A DNA stretch of 64,000 nt from Paraspadella gotoi (Eukaryota > Animalia > Chaetognatha). The stretch covers positions 3,255,061 through 3,319,060 of the forward strand of contig CM119271.1 in NCBI GenBank assembly GCA_051294375.1. The letters are read 5' to 3'. How positions within the stretch are numbered: the first letter of the stretch is position 1; the number at the start of each line of letters is the position of its first letter. The notes under the pieces were generated by a model. It did no database searches. It was given only the letters and a program-made list of their open reading frames with translations, and was not told the origin of the DNA. Positions 14,575-26,914 of this stretch are shown in pieces. Position numbers and translations under genes: made by a program.

Positions 14575-17500
14575 CAAAAGTCACCGGATGAATCTCCGTA
14601 CGCGGCTTTGTTGCAGACTTGAAAGGAATCCACAGAGAGACTTTTCTTGTCTCCCGTCAAAAAGCGGATGTGAAATATTTGGACGCTCGATGTTACGCTG
14701 GTGAATTTTTCCTTCACCTTTTCGTTTAGGTCGAAACAAGCGAAGTCCCAACTGAAAAGGAAAGCAAGATACTTATAAGAAAGCAAGAGCTTGGCGATAT
14801 CCTGAAAAAAAAAAAAAAAAAACGCGAGGGCGAGGCGAGATCTTCAAAACATTATTTTAGCAATAATACGATTGCTGGGCCCTTGGTATTCTAGTTAATT
14901 AAACAGATTAAATAATTTGTAATTTTCCAATTAATGTAACAATTGCTATTTGTAATGTAATGTAATCTCTCTCACTCTCTTCTTATTCTCTTATTAGTCG
15001 ATTTTAGTAGTAAAATCCTTTCCAAATAAGGACCACGCAATTTACAAACTTCATTTAATATGAGAAAATGACTCACTCCTGCTCTTCTGAGTCTTCTCCG
15101 AAACTCGTGCCCAGGTTCCAACATTTCGAGTTATCGTTGTCTCCGTTTTTGTTATCGTAACTTAACTTCAAGCAAATGTCCTCGATGTGACCTTTGAAGG
15201 CGAAGCACATTTTTCCGTGCTTGAAGGGTCTGCGGGAATAAAAAAGAGAAATGAACACATCGTTATGCTTTCACATCGTAGAAATTGGGTAATGCTCGAC
15301 TAATAGTAATACGAAAATTTACTCGTAGATACACAATGATGATACACAAAGATACCCATTGACTGATAACTACACAGACAGAGAGACGTCGCCAGACAGT
15401 AAGACATAGGGACAACGACAGACAGACGGAGACAGACAGACAAGAGGAAACTGACTTTAACGCGTTCGTAAACGGAGCGCGACTCCAAAGATTCAAATTG
15501 TTGTTTTTGTTTTTCAAACTTTTTTTCCCGCAAAACGAATCTTCGTCGGTCAGGTATTCGTCGGCGTCGGGGTCTTCGGAAAAATCTGAAATGACGGTGA
15601 TATTAATTCACATTAGTTGTTGATATCAGTTGATTAACTTACTATTTTAATAGGTTTTTAGAATTAAATAAATTTTGGTTTGGTCGTTCCAATCTTGCAT
15701 AATCATCGAATTTGAATCGAATCTTTTAATCTTATTTGCATATTGTCGTGTTTCGATTAAATATTGAAATATTTTAAATCGGTTACCTTAAAGTCAATAA
15801 TTTTAATTGACCAATAACCGGTGTTTATTTCTGACTAAATTCTCAGATGAATATCGAATGACTTAAACAGATTAGTCAGAGTATGAATGAAACAATATTT
15901 GCATCCATTTTTTTTTAAACCAAAACGATCCAACTCCTACGTCCCTCTATTTGCCAACCTTCGTATCCCTCCGCGACGAAGCAGTTGACGTCTCCGCCCG
16001 CCTCAGGATCATCGATCTCGGTGGGGCATCCGGTCGTCGTCAACGAGTTGAGAACGGATTGAATATTCCAAGCCATCTCGTTGGCGGCGGAGGTGTTGAC
16101 GACCACTGGGAGCGCGTCGATGTCTGGAGGGAAAAAGGCATTCATCCTTCTATTAACCATTCTTATTTCACAACATTCATTAGTTTCGTATAATCATTCT
16201 TTTTTTTTCCCCTCTTAAGGCGTCGTACTTAATCTCTAAATTAAATACTAGCACTTGTCATTTTTTTCTTGTCGTTTTGTTTACAGATTTACGCGGTGTT
16301 TTGTTTTGTTTTTATTTACTTTTCAGAGAGATCGTAAAGTCTTCCATGGACGAAACTCCCGTTTGGATTCGATTCACGAGAAACGAATTATTTTCGTTCG
16401 ACGCGAATTCGACTTGGATCGACTCGAAGGAACCTTGATTGGACGGATGGGATTGATTTGATTATGATTGATTGATTTAAATGATTCTTTTGGTCTTATT
16501 TATTTTTTTATTGATTTAACTTTATTTTTATTGATTTTATTGTATTGTTATTGATTTGATTTGTTTGATTTAAAATATTCTTTCGATCGAATTGATAAAT
16601 TTTGCCATTTTTACTATTATCAGTTCTTCTTAAAATTCTTATAATTATTAAAAAAACACAGCAACTACAATTAACCGATTCGTTCTCATTCGTGATCATA
16701 AAAATTAACTAAAACAAAATAAAACAAAAGCCCAAAAAACAAACAAACATTCAAACCTCTCGTCGAATTAAAAGTGACGACGAAAGATTCCGTGAGGAAT
16801 TCGGGAGAAACGTCCGTCGAAGCCGACGGCGCCGCCGTGTGATTCACCATCACGTGATCCGGTTTCACGGATCGAAGAGAGTTGAGGGCGGATTGGACTT
16901 GTGCGGCGGAAGAGACGCCGGCGCAGAGCGGCGCTGGGGTGGAGGAAATGATTTGTGATTTACGGTTAAAAACGGAAATGTAGCAAAGTTAAACCTTGGT
17001 AAGAATAAGCATGATTTAAGTTTTTAAGGATACGGATTTGAAAAACTAACTTTTATATCGCTAAATATTATCGCTATATCGGAGAGTAAACATAATTTCA
17101 ATAAAGAACAACAGATGTCACTAGAAAAAAAGAACCGCTGAATTTTTTAGCTCAACAAAAGAACAACTATTTTAATCAAGCCGCGAGTGATTCCTTCCAG
17201 AGCTATAAACAAATTATACCGAACGGGTCTAAGTTATACAACATAAACTATACAAAAAACATTGTAAAATATCAACGCAATTCTTGTGTTCATGAAGTTA
17301 GTTTTAGGTTATTTAAAAAATAAAAATTCTGCCTTAACTTCCTTTTCCGCATCAAAAAAAACCCTCATACTCGTCCGAACTCCGTTGATGGAGAGATAAT
17401 AGACGCTACAGCCGACGGCGTTGATGTCGAAAGTGATGGAGACGTTCTGGACTTCGTTGACGGCGGAAGAAGAATTGTTGCTCCAGTTTTTGATTTTGAT

Positions 17501-20500
17501 GATTTGAGTTTCGTTTCGCGATTTCGATCGCAGATGGATGTGTTGGTAGTCGTCGTTGCTGAAGAGAAGAGAAGAGAAGGATAGAAAAGAGAAGGGCAGA
17601 GAAGAAAGAAAATAAAAAAGAAAAGATAAAAAAAAGAGAAGAGAAGAGAAGAGAAGAGAAGAGAAGAGAAGAGAAGAGAAGAGAAGAGAAGAGAATGGAA
17701 GAAAAAAAAAGAGAAAAGAAGGGCAGAGAAGAAAGAAAAGAGAAAAGAAAAAAAGAGAAAAGAAAAGAAAAGAAAAGAAAAGAAAAGAAAAAAGAGGAGC
17801 GAAGAGAAGAGAAGAGAAGGATAGAAAAAATAAGGGCAGAGAAGAAAGAAAAGAAAAAAAGAGGAGAGAAGAGAAGAGAAGAGAAAAATAAGTAAATTAA
17901 AAAAAAACCACTCAAATAAGAAGGAAAAGAAAAAATCAAACTTCGCTGCTATGACATATTTTATGATTATACAATATAATCTAAACAAAATTAATCGTAC
18001 CCGTTCCTCTGTTGTTCGGCTGAGAACGGAGTGTCGAAGGATCTGATTAAGACTCCAAAATGTCCGGCGCCGACTCCGTCCTGGTGAACCATCGCGAAGA
18101 GAATTCTAGGGACGAAATCAAATTTAAAAAAAATCGATGTTTAATAATAATGTATACTATCCCAGGTACACTGGGAGTGAATAAACGAGACTGTGAGAGA
18201 GTCTTGATTGAAAGCTTGCAAGGAGCAAAATAAGCAAAATATTTTTGTATACCTTAATAATACTATCTCACATGTAAATATCCTTGTTTGTTTACTCAAA
18301 TAAAATTTAGGTTCCCCAGTGCTCCACTCTATTGATCAGTGCAAACGTTTAAAAAATCCAATAAATCCCGACCCTGATTAATTTTCGCTAATATTAACTC
18401 ACTTTTCATCTTTTTTGAAGTCAAGGATCCCAGACCAGAGTTGACCGTCTCCCCCAACGAAGGGAGTGCTCGAGTAGCCTTTGTTGTAAAGGAAAGGCAC
18501 CTGAAGATGACAAAGATGACAAAATTCAAGTGAAGTATTCGGTGTTATAATGATGTTTTAGTTTTATTGAATGATATCTGATAATTGCAAGATTAATTGT
18601 GTCACAATATTAAATTTAAATTAAATATTACAGTATAAAAAGTTATGAATAATAAATATATTCAAAATTAATAATAAAATAAGATATTAGCTTTATTAGA
18701 TATTTAAAATTTAATGTTGCTTAAGTGTTACTAATGAAAAAATACGTATATGTATCCTTCAATCATATAATGATATAAGTAACGGTTTTAACAGTGAAAT
18801 TGTAAGTAGCTTTTCTCATTCACTCACCAAATCGTCCTCGTAGGCAGTTTTACTATAGTACAGAATTGAATTGTCGTCGGAAATTATGACCACTTGATAT
18901 CTGGAAAAGGGATTATTTGTTTCGACAAAGATCTAATGAAATTGGTACAACCAATATAAAAATTATCCATTCATTCAATAAATAAGCTATCTTTCCCCTG
19001 ACTTTGGACAGGCTTTGGTGGTTTAAGGCCTGCATCACTCTTACAAGATAGTGACCTCGCAAGTACTGCAAGCTTTCAATCAAACTGTCATATCATTATT
19101 ATCAACTGCGAAATGATAAAATCAAGTCACAGAAAATCATAAATCAACCATTCTATTATTTATTTATACATATTAAGACTAATTATAATTAGGCATCCTT
19201 GTCATCTTTCCCTAATTTTATTTTCCTATTTTTGGGTTTTCAAGTTTCGAGCGATTTCTCTTTCCGATATCTCGTACCCGCATGTCCGTATCTTGATTTT
19301 ATCGGAACGCCCCCCCCCAAAAAAAAAAAAAATTTGGATGATTCTTGTACATCGAGAACTAAAAATAACATTTTATCGATTCTTCAAAATCCAAAGACCT
19401 TTTTAAGGCATTCGATACCATGACCACGTTCGTCAACGGCGTTGAACCTTTCGTCCTATTGGAGGACGGTATAAAGAAGCTCGACCAATCAAAAGCCGAG
19501 GAAAAGGATTCGCTGACTCGAATAAAATCAAAAGATTTGCGGGATTTTTCTGAAAACAAACACGAGAAAAATTTAGGTAAAAGTTTGTTGAAAATTATAA
19601 ATAAATAAGGAATAAAAGTCGTAAAGACCATGCAGTATACAATTACATATAATAACGATTATTTTCGCTGGCCGTTTTAATTATATGTGCCTCTTTAAGA
19701 TATTTTTTTTTTTGCTCTTCAGGGTTTTGTTCAACATACAGCCGTTTCAAGATCTTGGTATGTCTGTTGCTCGTGATCTGTCTACTTCTCATAGTCATAC
19801 TTTTGTGCCTTTCACAATTTATCTCTCACGAAGAATTCGGTAGCTTCGGTGAAACATCAACGGGTAATCAAAACAGAGACGACTAAAACGGGGATTTTTC
19901 TTTCTGAAATTGTTTCTTTACTTTAGCTAAGAATTAATAAAAAAAAAAAAACGACGCGAAATTTAACCGTTTAGATGTCAAATACTAATATTAACTGTTA
20001 TAACATCTTTTATCGTCATTCAATCGACAAAATTTTCAATCGTTTTTTTTTCCAGATTCGCGAGGTTTATTGGTAGAGTCACAACAATACAAAGGTCTCG
20101 GAGACGGTGGGGATCCTAAGAAAAACGACAACAACAACAACAACGCATACGATCGTCACGTGATCAAAATAGAGTCGATTCTTCAAAGTAGGTCTCGCAA
20201 ACAGAAAAAAAAACCTTGCCCTTTTTTTCCCGAAAGAGCCCTATTTCAACTTAAATTCAGAATTAATTAGGTTCAGGGTAAGGGCTAGGGATTAGGTATG
20301 GGATTATGGTCTCATGTTAGAAAATAAGGTTAGGGATTTGGGTTAGGTATTGAAGTTAAGGTTAAGGGTTAAAGTTTGGATTAAACTTTTGGAAAAAGAT
20401 TAAAGCTAAGATTAAAATTAATATTAAAGATTAGGAATCTAAATTGGGCGCTTTCGGAAAATATTGCCGATGAAACGTAGTAATAGGTCAAACATTATTC

Positions 20501-23500
20501 TTATCTCATTACGAATTATCCAATAAGACGAGCAATTGACCTTTTTGTCCTTTTTTTTTTTATGCTTAAAAGATTTGATCAAGAGTTTCGACAACAACGT
20601 CGAATCCGAACGCCGAACTCTATTAAACTTGACTCGTTCGATATCGAAGATAATGGAATCTCTTTCCGCCAGAGAAACTTTTCACGATTACAGAAACCCC
20701 AAGTTTTCGTGTCCCGATCGACTCTACCACGATTACACGCACGTCGGCCCCGCAGGCCACTGGTCCAAGTGCTACCTAGCCGACCCCGGCGTCGGTAAAA
20801 TGACCAAATTCGAAGCCGACAAATTCTGCGAGAGAATGAAGGGAAGATTAGCCACTTTCGAAAGTCGGTTGGAATTGGAATACTTGAGGGGGATCGTATT
20901 TGAGGAGCAAAGACCTTTTTGGTTGGGCGCGAGAAGATCGATCGATGGCGATGGGAGATGGTATTGGGAGAAATCCGTTGCCATGGCTACGAAAACCATG
21001 GATTCTGATCATCCGATGTTGGTGGATTTTTGGAGGACGAGAGAAGATTTTCGCCACTCCTGCGCCGTCGTCAACGAGGATTGGCAAATGGAGACTCGAC
21101 CTTGCGATGGAACTTACCATCCCTTGTGCGAAACTCCTTCTAAAAATTCCCAATGGAATCCGGTCATCGCGGACCGAATGGAATTGTCACCGGAGATTTG
21201 TCCCCCGCGTCTCGCTTCCTGCTACAGGGCATCGTTGAACGCCTCCGTTTGGTCGGTGGCCAACGAGCGTTGCCAACGTTCAGGGGGTCGTTTGGTTAAC
21301 ATCAACGGTCTGGCGGAAAGCGACGAACTGCAGAAAATGAATTTGGGAGAGTTTTGGATGGAACGGCGCAAAGATGGTGAAAATGGCTGGAGAAGGAAAG
21401 GGAGTAACTTTACGGAGGTGACATTCAGCGATTGGCAGGATAGTAACACGGCCGCGCTTTCAGCCGGCAACAAGTGTTTGAAATATTCGATCGACTCAAA
21501 CGAACCCCACAGATGGAAGAGCGAAAATTGTTTCAGTTGGAAAAAGTTTGTTTGCGAATTCGAGAGGAAAAACGAGACGTCACCGAGTTACGTCTCGTCG
21601 CCCGTTTGCGTCGACTGGAGACGCGTGACGCATGACGGCAGAGTCAGGGTCACCAAAGTGACCAAATGCTTCGTTTATGTCCAAACGCAAATGACTCGAA
21701 GCGACGCCGCCGAATTTTGTCGCCAGAGACTCAACGCGTCGCTCGCTAAACCGAACGAGTTCGCGAGAAACGAAAGTTTTTTCGCTTTAGAATCGAGAAA
21801 ATTTCGAGTTGGATCCATTTGGTTGACGCAGAGAGACGTCGTGTATGTAAATCCACGGAATGCATCGAGTTTTACTTTTGAAGAAACAAAACGAACTTTG
21901 AGAAAAATCGAAGGCTTGATAACCTTAACTGAGAACCTTCACCGTTTCGGTTTGCCGCCCAAGCATCTCTACGTTTGTAACAACGGGTGGAGTGAGAACG
22001 AAGCTAAAGTCGTTTGTCGAGAATTGGGTTTGACGTTTTCCGCAATTCATCGTGAAAGTACCTTTGGAAAAGACTATGCAGACACTAAAGACAACTACGA
22101 ATGCTCTGGGGACGAAAGCTCCTTGACCAGATGCAGGCACGGTTTGATGGGCATTATTCAAACTACCAGGTGTAGCTCGGGACATTTGGTCGGCGCCTCG
22201 TGCTCGACGGAGAAAACAGCAAAAGGTTTTCGAGAATCGAAGGAAAAATTGGAATTTTTCGACGAGAGTCGACGAAAAGATTGGGGTTGGTTCGTCTGTC
22301 GGTTGGAGGATGTGGAGGACGTGACGGTCGTTTGACGGTAGAAACAACAATTTTTATTTCTCAAATGAAGATTTACAATTTACACTTGTGACCACTGACC
22401 ACTGACCACTGACCAAGAGACCATGTACCTTTTTTTGATCAATTAAGCTTCGAAGTTTTATAGTATTTTAAAATATAGGTGAATGGCTGCACTGTTATAA
22501 TAAATTAATTTTCTGAATATTTTATGTTTTACTATTTTCTTAATAATTTTTCGTGTGTTAATATTTGGCGAACACAAACACCACATAGTGACACACACAC
22601 ACACACTTTTTCGCATGTTTAAAAATTCTTTCAGACTTTACCTCCCATCGTGAGGCGGATTGAAGAAGCCTTTCGTCCGAGTCGCGTAGTTGTTAAACGG
22701 TGAAGTTTTTTTCCAATAAAGTTGATCCAGAAGCACAACTTTCCAATAATTAGAAACGTTAGTTTCCTTGTCGAGATATTCCTGTTTAAACAAGAATACA
22801 TACAAGCTAACAATGTCGTAACTGAAGTTAATCACGTACGTCTTTTCTTCAAATTTTCCCGTTTTTTTTTGGTTTTTTTTTTTGACCGGATGAATTGAAT
22901 GCATAATGCTTACCGCGAGCTTGCCATTACTGTAAGTAACACCCGCAGTGCCGTTCCAAGCTTCGACCCAAGCTCCTCTGTTGCCGGGAAAAACTCTCGT
23001 CTTCGTCGAATTCGTCGAGTTGCCATTTGTTTCCCCCGCAAGTTCCGCCGCGATTCGCCGCGACATCTCGCGAGCTTCGTCCGAAGCGGGAGATCGACAA
23101 ATGATCAGCTCGGACGTTACGTTCAATATTTTGCATGGTCGACCTGAGGAAAAACGATAAAACTATCAGGAGATCGTTTGTCGGTGTAGTATCCAGTTCG
23201 TAAAATAAAATGACCTATAAAATGCAATTAACGACTACCAATTATATTTAATAAAACCGATATAAACCTCGGTCCTCCGTTCTTATCTCGTGCGAGAGAA
23301 GAGAAAGAGAGAGAGAGAGAAAGACCGACCAAATATCAGTCGTTTAATTAAAATATAGTCGACGCGATTAATCAACCGACGACATAAAAATGTTTTTTTT
23401 AATTTTAGTAAAAAAAAATTATCCGTCGTTCAACAGAAATTTTTAATTAGCGAATTTGATCGCACGAAATCGTAGAGATTTAAATATTACGCCAGGAATT

Positions 23501-23994
23501 CGACAAGAATTCGGCAAGAATTCAATAATTAAATTTAATTTTATAAAATTACAAATACATTTTCATCAAAAAACCAATAAGAAAAATAACAAGAATTAAA
23601 ACCAGAATCCCCCCAAAAAATTGTCCATACCATTTAAAAAAAAAATTATTTTTTTTTGCAAAACAGATCGTATAGCGATTTTGTAGCAGCATAATTCGCT
23701 CAACTTATCGTATTTATTTTTAAACTTAAAACAGAAATCGACTTCTCACCGTCGACGTAAGCGACGGTGTCGCCTTCCACGAAGTATCTTCCCCGGATGT
23801 AGATGTCCGTCCCGCCGGCAACGCTTCCGTTTCCAGGACTCACAGATTCGATCACTGTCCAAACAAACAAATTTAAATTTCAATTAAATAAATTCTATCA
23901 TTACCATTATATACGCAAGATGATGTAATGGTTACAATCTACGCGGTAAAAGGACTTAAATTTAAAATACCAGTTATCAGTTGTTTGGTGATCG

Positions 23995-24035
<41 letters not shown>

Positions 24036-26632
24036 GTTGTTGTTGTTATTGTTGTTGTTATTGTTGTTGTTGTTGTTGTTATTGTTGTTGTTTATTGTTT
24101 GTTGTTGTTGTTGTTTGTTATTGTTGTTGTTATTGTTGTTGTTGTTTATTGTTGTGTTGTTATTGTTGTTGTTATTGTTGTTGTTATTGTTGTTAGTGTT
24201 GTTTGTTGTTATTGTTGTTATTGTTGTTATTGGGTTTGTTTAATTGTTGTTATTATTGTTATTGTTGTTATTATTGTTATTATTGTTGTTATTGTTGTTG
24301 TTGTTGTTATTATTATTGTTGTTATTGTTGTTGTTGTTGTTGTTCTTCCCGACCTGCGTGCGCTTGAAACATGTTGAGTTTTCCTTGAGCCGAAATGCGG
24401 TAGAAATCTCCCTCAGGTCTTGAGTGACCGTATTGACCTGAAATCAGAAATCGGGTAGAATTTAGGATAAAATAAACTAATCTCTCTAAACAAAAATATG
24501 TATATCAAATAAATGAATGTATAAATGAAAGATTAATTTATTAAATGATTGAAGATTGAAGAAGTTAACGAACTAATAAAACGAAGAATGAAACGCTGAA
24601 AATATTTGCCGTCAAATTGAAAAAAGAAAAAAAATAGGAAAGAATGAAAGAATGCATGAATGAATGAATGAATTAATGAATAAACGAATATCAATGAATG
24701 AATCAATAATTGAACGAACGAACGAACGAACGGAATCCAACTTGTTCCCTTGCCCTCAACTCACTAACCGCCTACGACGAGAGAGACGTTGTAATTTCCG
24801 ACGTAAGGCGTCTCCTCTTCGATCCGGCCCCGGATGTAACCGAAACTCGACCATTGGTGGTCCAACCAAACCCCGTAGGCCTCCGTGGTGACGGGGTCCT
24901 TCACCAGGTGGACCGGGTTGGGTCCCGCCACGCAGCGGAGGATCATTTCGCTGCGTCCGTTGGAGGAGGCTTCCTGACTCGATCGCCAACGGTCCGTGAA
25001 CATCCGGGCGCGGATCGTGATAACTGTTCCTGTGTGAGAGATAGTGTCAGTGGGTTAGTTTAAGCTCTAATATTACATTCGACAAATTCATCGCTGACTT
25101 TTATTAACAATACTTTAAATCACGATCAATAATCGATCTAATCACGATACCCGTGGTAGGTTACGCAGGTTTTCGCATTGGCGCTTTATTTAAGGCAACT
25201 TCGTCGCGCGTGGAGTATCAGTGATTTATTTATAAACAAATAATAAATAGAACAACGAAAAACTTTTAAGAAAACTTGTTTACCGTTGTTACTCTGTTCA
25301 AATTAAATCTTACAATAATCACGAACACGGGAGCGACAGAAAAATAATGAATTTGGTTCCATTTGTATAACAAAGGTTCTCTTACCCCTTCCGAGTTAGT
25401 TCGATCGCTTTCAGTTATAATTAAAGTAGCGATTAACATTTACAATTAATGTTTTAACTATTTTTTTCTATTTACCCGGCGGGCCCGAGGTAGGCGTTAC
25501 GCCGTACACCACGGGCGTGAAATGTTCGTACAGATAAACTCTGCACCACCAGTCACCAGATTGACAGTGACGGTTGACGGGGACGCAACTGTCGTTCACG
25601 ATGACGCGGACCAAGTAATAAGGATCGTCGCCCATTACTCTGAATTTAAATTTTAATCAGAGAATTTATACGTTAATATTTATTTGTTTATTTATTTCAA
25701 CTTTCTTCTTCTTTTCTCTCGTTCAATCGTTTAATCTTTCTTTATTTTTCGATGTGTTTTTCTTTCGCATTCGTTCTCACTATCTTCAACCGGCTCATTA
25801 ACACCGCTCACCATTGTGAACATAATCGTACTCGTGAAAATTTGAAGTTAAAAAAAAAAGGGAAAGTAAAAAAATTGAAGTAAAAACATTTAAAACATTT
25901 GAAATTGGTACAACCATTAGAAAAATTATCCATTCGATTAATAAATAAGCTATCTTGCCCCTGACTTTGGACAGGCTTGGGTGGTTTAAGGCCTCCATCA
26001 TTCTTACAAGATAATGAAGTAACAGGTCCCCTGCAAGCTTTCAATCAAGGCTCTCTCACAGTCTCGTTTATTCACTCGCAGATATATTTTTTTAATGCTT
26101 GTAGATGATAATCATAGACCGAAGGAACAGTGGAAAAAGCACAATAGAAGTGACCTCGTGTAGCATTGAATCTGATTCCTGGTCGATCCGTGTTTGTGTA
26201 CGTCGCAAGTGTAATTTCGTTGCTCACCGACCAAAACCACTTCGTTTTTGCCCAAGTATTGATCCGCGGCAAAATCTAAAGTGTTTATGAATTGTAAATT
26301 TAATGTAAACGAGAAAACCAACACGTTTATTATCTACATTCGTTTTCGAATATAAATTCCTTAATACGTAATTTTACGTAATAATAATAATAATAATAAT
26401 CAATTAAAATTGGGTATTAGATAAAATTACGACGAACTTTCTCCGAAAATGGTGAGTTTGACTTGTCCCTCCGTTCCGATGTAACGAGGACTCACGCTTA
26501 TCACTTTAGTATTCGTGGTGTAAACTGAGATTGTTGGGAGGTAGAGAAGGGAAAGGAGGAGGAAGAGGAAATGACGTTAATTATTAGTGTTGGGGAATGA
26601 GGTCGAGGAGGTATCAAATAGAAGAAAGAGAG

Positions 26633-26688
<56 letters not shown>

Positions 26689-26753
26689 TTTTTTTTTTTT
26701 TTTTTTTTTTCTGAAATAAAAAAGACAATTTGACAATTAAGACAATAAGAAGA

Positions 26754-26791
<38 letters not shown>

Positions 26792-26914
26792 TAAATTAAA
26801 TAAGCGGCTGTCGATATTCTCACCGGCGCAACCGCCGCTTACGACGAAGATTTTCGTCGACAAAACAAAAAGGCATGAGATAGCGAAGGCGAGCGCCCTC
26901 TGTGACGACGCCAT
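1..26914 (-). CDS. PKHD1L1: Fibrocystin-L / PKHD1L1-like gene, paralog A (multi-exon; 3' end lies outside the window)
   Basis: ATG at 26914 begins MASSQRALAFAISCLFVLSTKIFVVSGGCA (signal peptide). In-frame GT-AG exons: 26824-26914, 26438-26524, 26155-26275, 25476-25639, 24769-25029, 24354-24437, 23750-23855, 22913-23143, 22642-22781, 18828-18900, further small exons, 12678-12927, 11136-12350, 9566-10815, 4356-9109, down to ~507-647 (DMTCDGMTQTYIHDLDGSLFG...FQWDGDKRYGLG). Encodes IPT/TIG repeats, PA14-like, G8 and PbH1 regions typical of fibrocystin-L. Confidence 0.93.
112..500. repeat. TTTC-rich simple repeat
   Basis: Direct reading. Similar purine/pyrimidine tracts at 17560-17890, 30000-30480, 40696-40860 and 57000-57155; (GA)n/(CT)n at 14500-14571 and 60950-61024. 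Confidence 0.95.
4356..9109 (-). CDS. PKHD1L1: Giant (~4.75 kb) coding exon of paralog A: IPT/TIG repeats, G8 domain 1, PbH1 beta-helix, G8 domain 2
   Basis: 1595-aa ORF 4225-9012 with DVWSSRFTWGG, AEVGLLTRNI, GQAFRLGRYPIHYH, NDDITPAAFWITNPNN, AAGGTHFGYWYRM and a second AEVGLLSRNI. CAG acceptor at 9110, GT donor at 4355. Confidence 0.95.
9566..12927 (-). CDS. PKHD1L1: Three exons of paralog A encoding IPT/TIG repeats (12678-12927, 11136-12350, 9566-10815)
   Basis: ORFs 9562-10722 and 11130-12434 contain repeated P-x-x-G-S-x-x-G-G...I-x-G-x-G-F motifs; collinear with the single exon 54216-56921 of paralog B. Confidence 0.9.
19408..22335 (+). CDS. Nested gene: multi C-type lectin domain + SRCR protein, inside an intron (18901-22641) of paralog A
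   Basis: 599-aa ORF 20536-22335 contains CTLD1 (KCY...ADKFCERMKGRLATF...FWLGA...WETRPC...PLCE), CTLD2 (SCY...ANERCQRSGGRLV...FWM...WKSENC...FVCE) and an SRCR (VCNNGWSENEAKVVCRELG...ECSGDESSLTRC...CSSGHLVGASC). Frame-compatible upstream exons: 19408/19420-19576 and 20056-20187, spliced to ~20573. The true 5' end is uncertain. Confidence 0.85.
23995..24343. repeat. (GTT/ATT)n microsatellite
   Basis: Direct reading; source of spurious poly-V/L/C ORFs. Confidence 0.95.
25900..26080 (-). repeat. Dispersed SINE-like repeat (other fragments at 18938-19084, 18160-18220, 4020-4072, 3712-3733)
   Basis: Shared gagtgaataaacgagactgtgagagagtcttgattgaaagcttgca and cctgactttggacaggctt blocks. Confidence 0.6.

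Noticed and set aside
19723-19757. Possible extra small exon of the nested gene
   Set aside because: It has good splice signals, but inclusion between 19576 and 20056 breaks the frame; unresolved without RNA data.
23928-24377. Poly-V/L/C ORFs
   Set aside because: Translation of the (GTT)n microsatellite.
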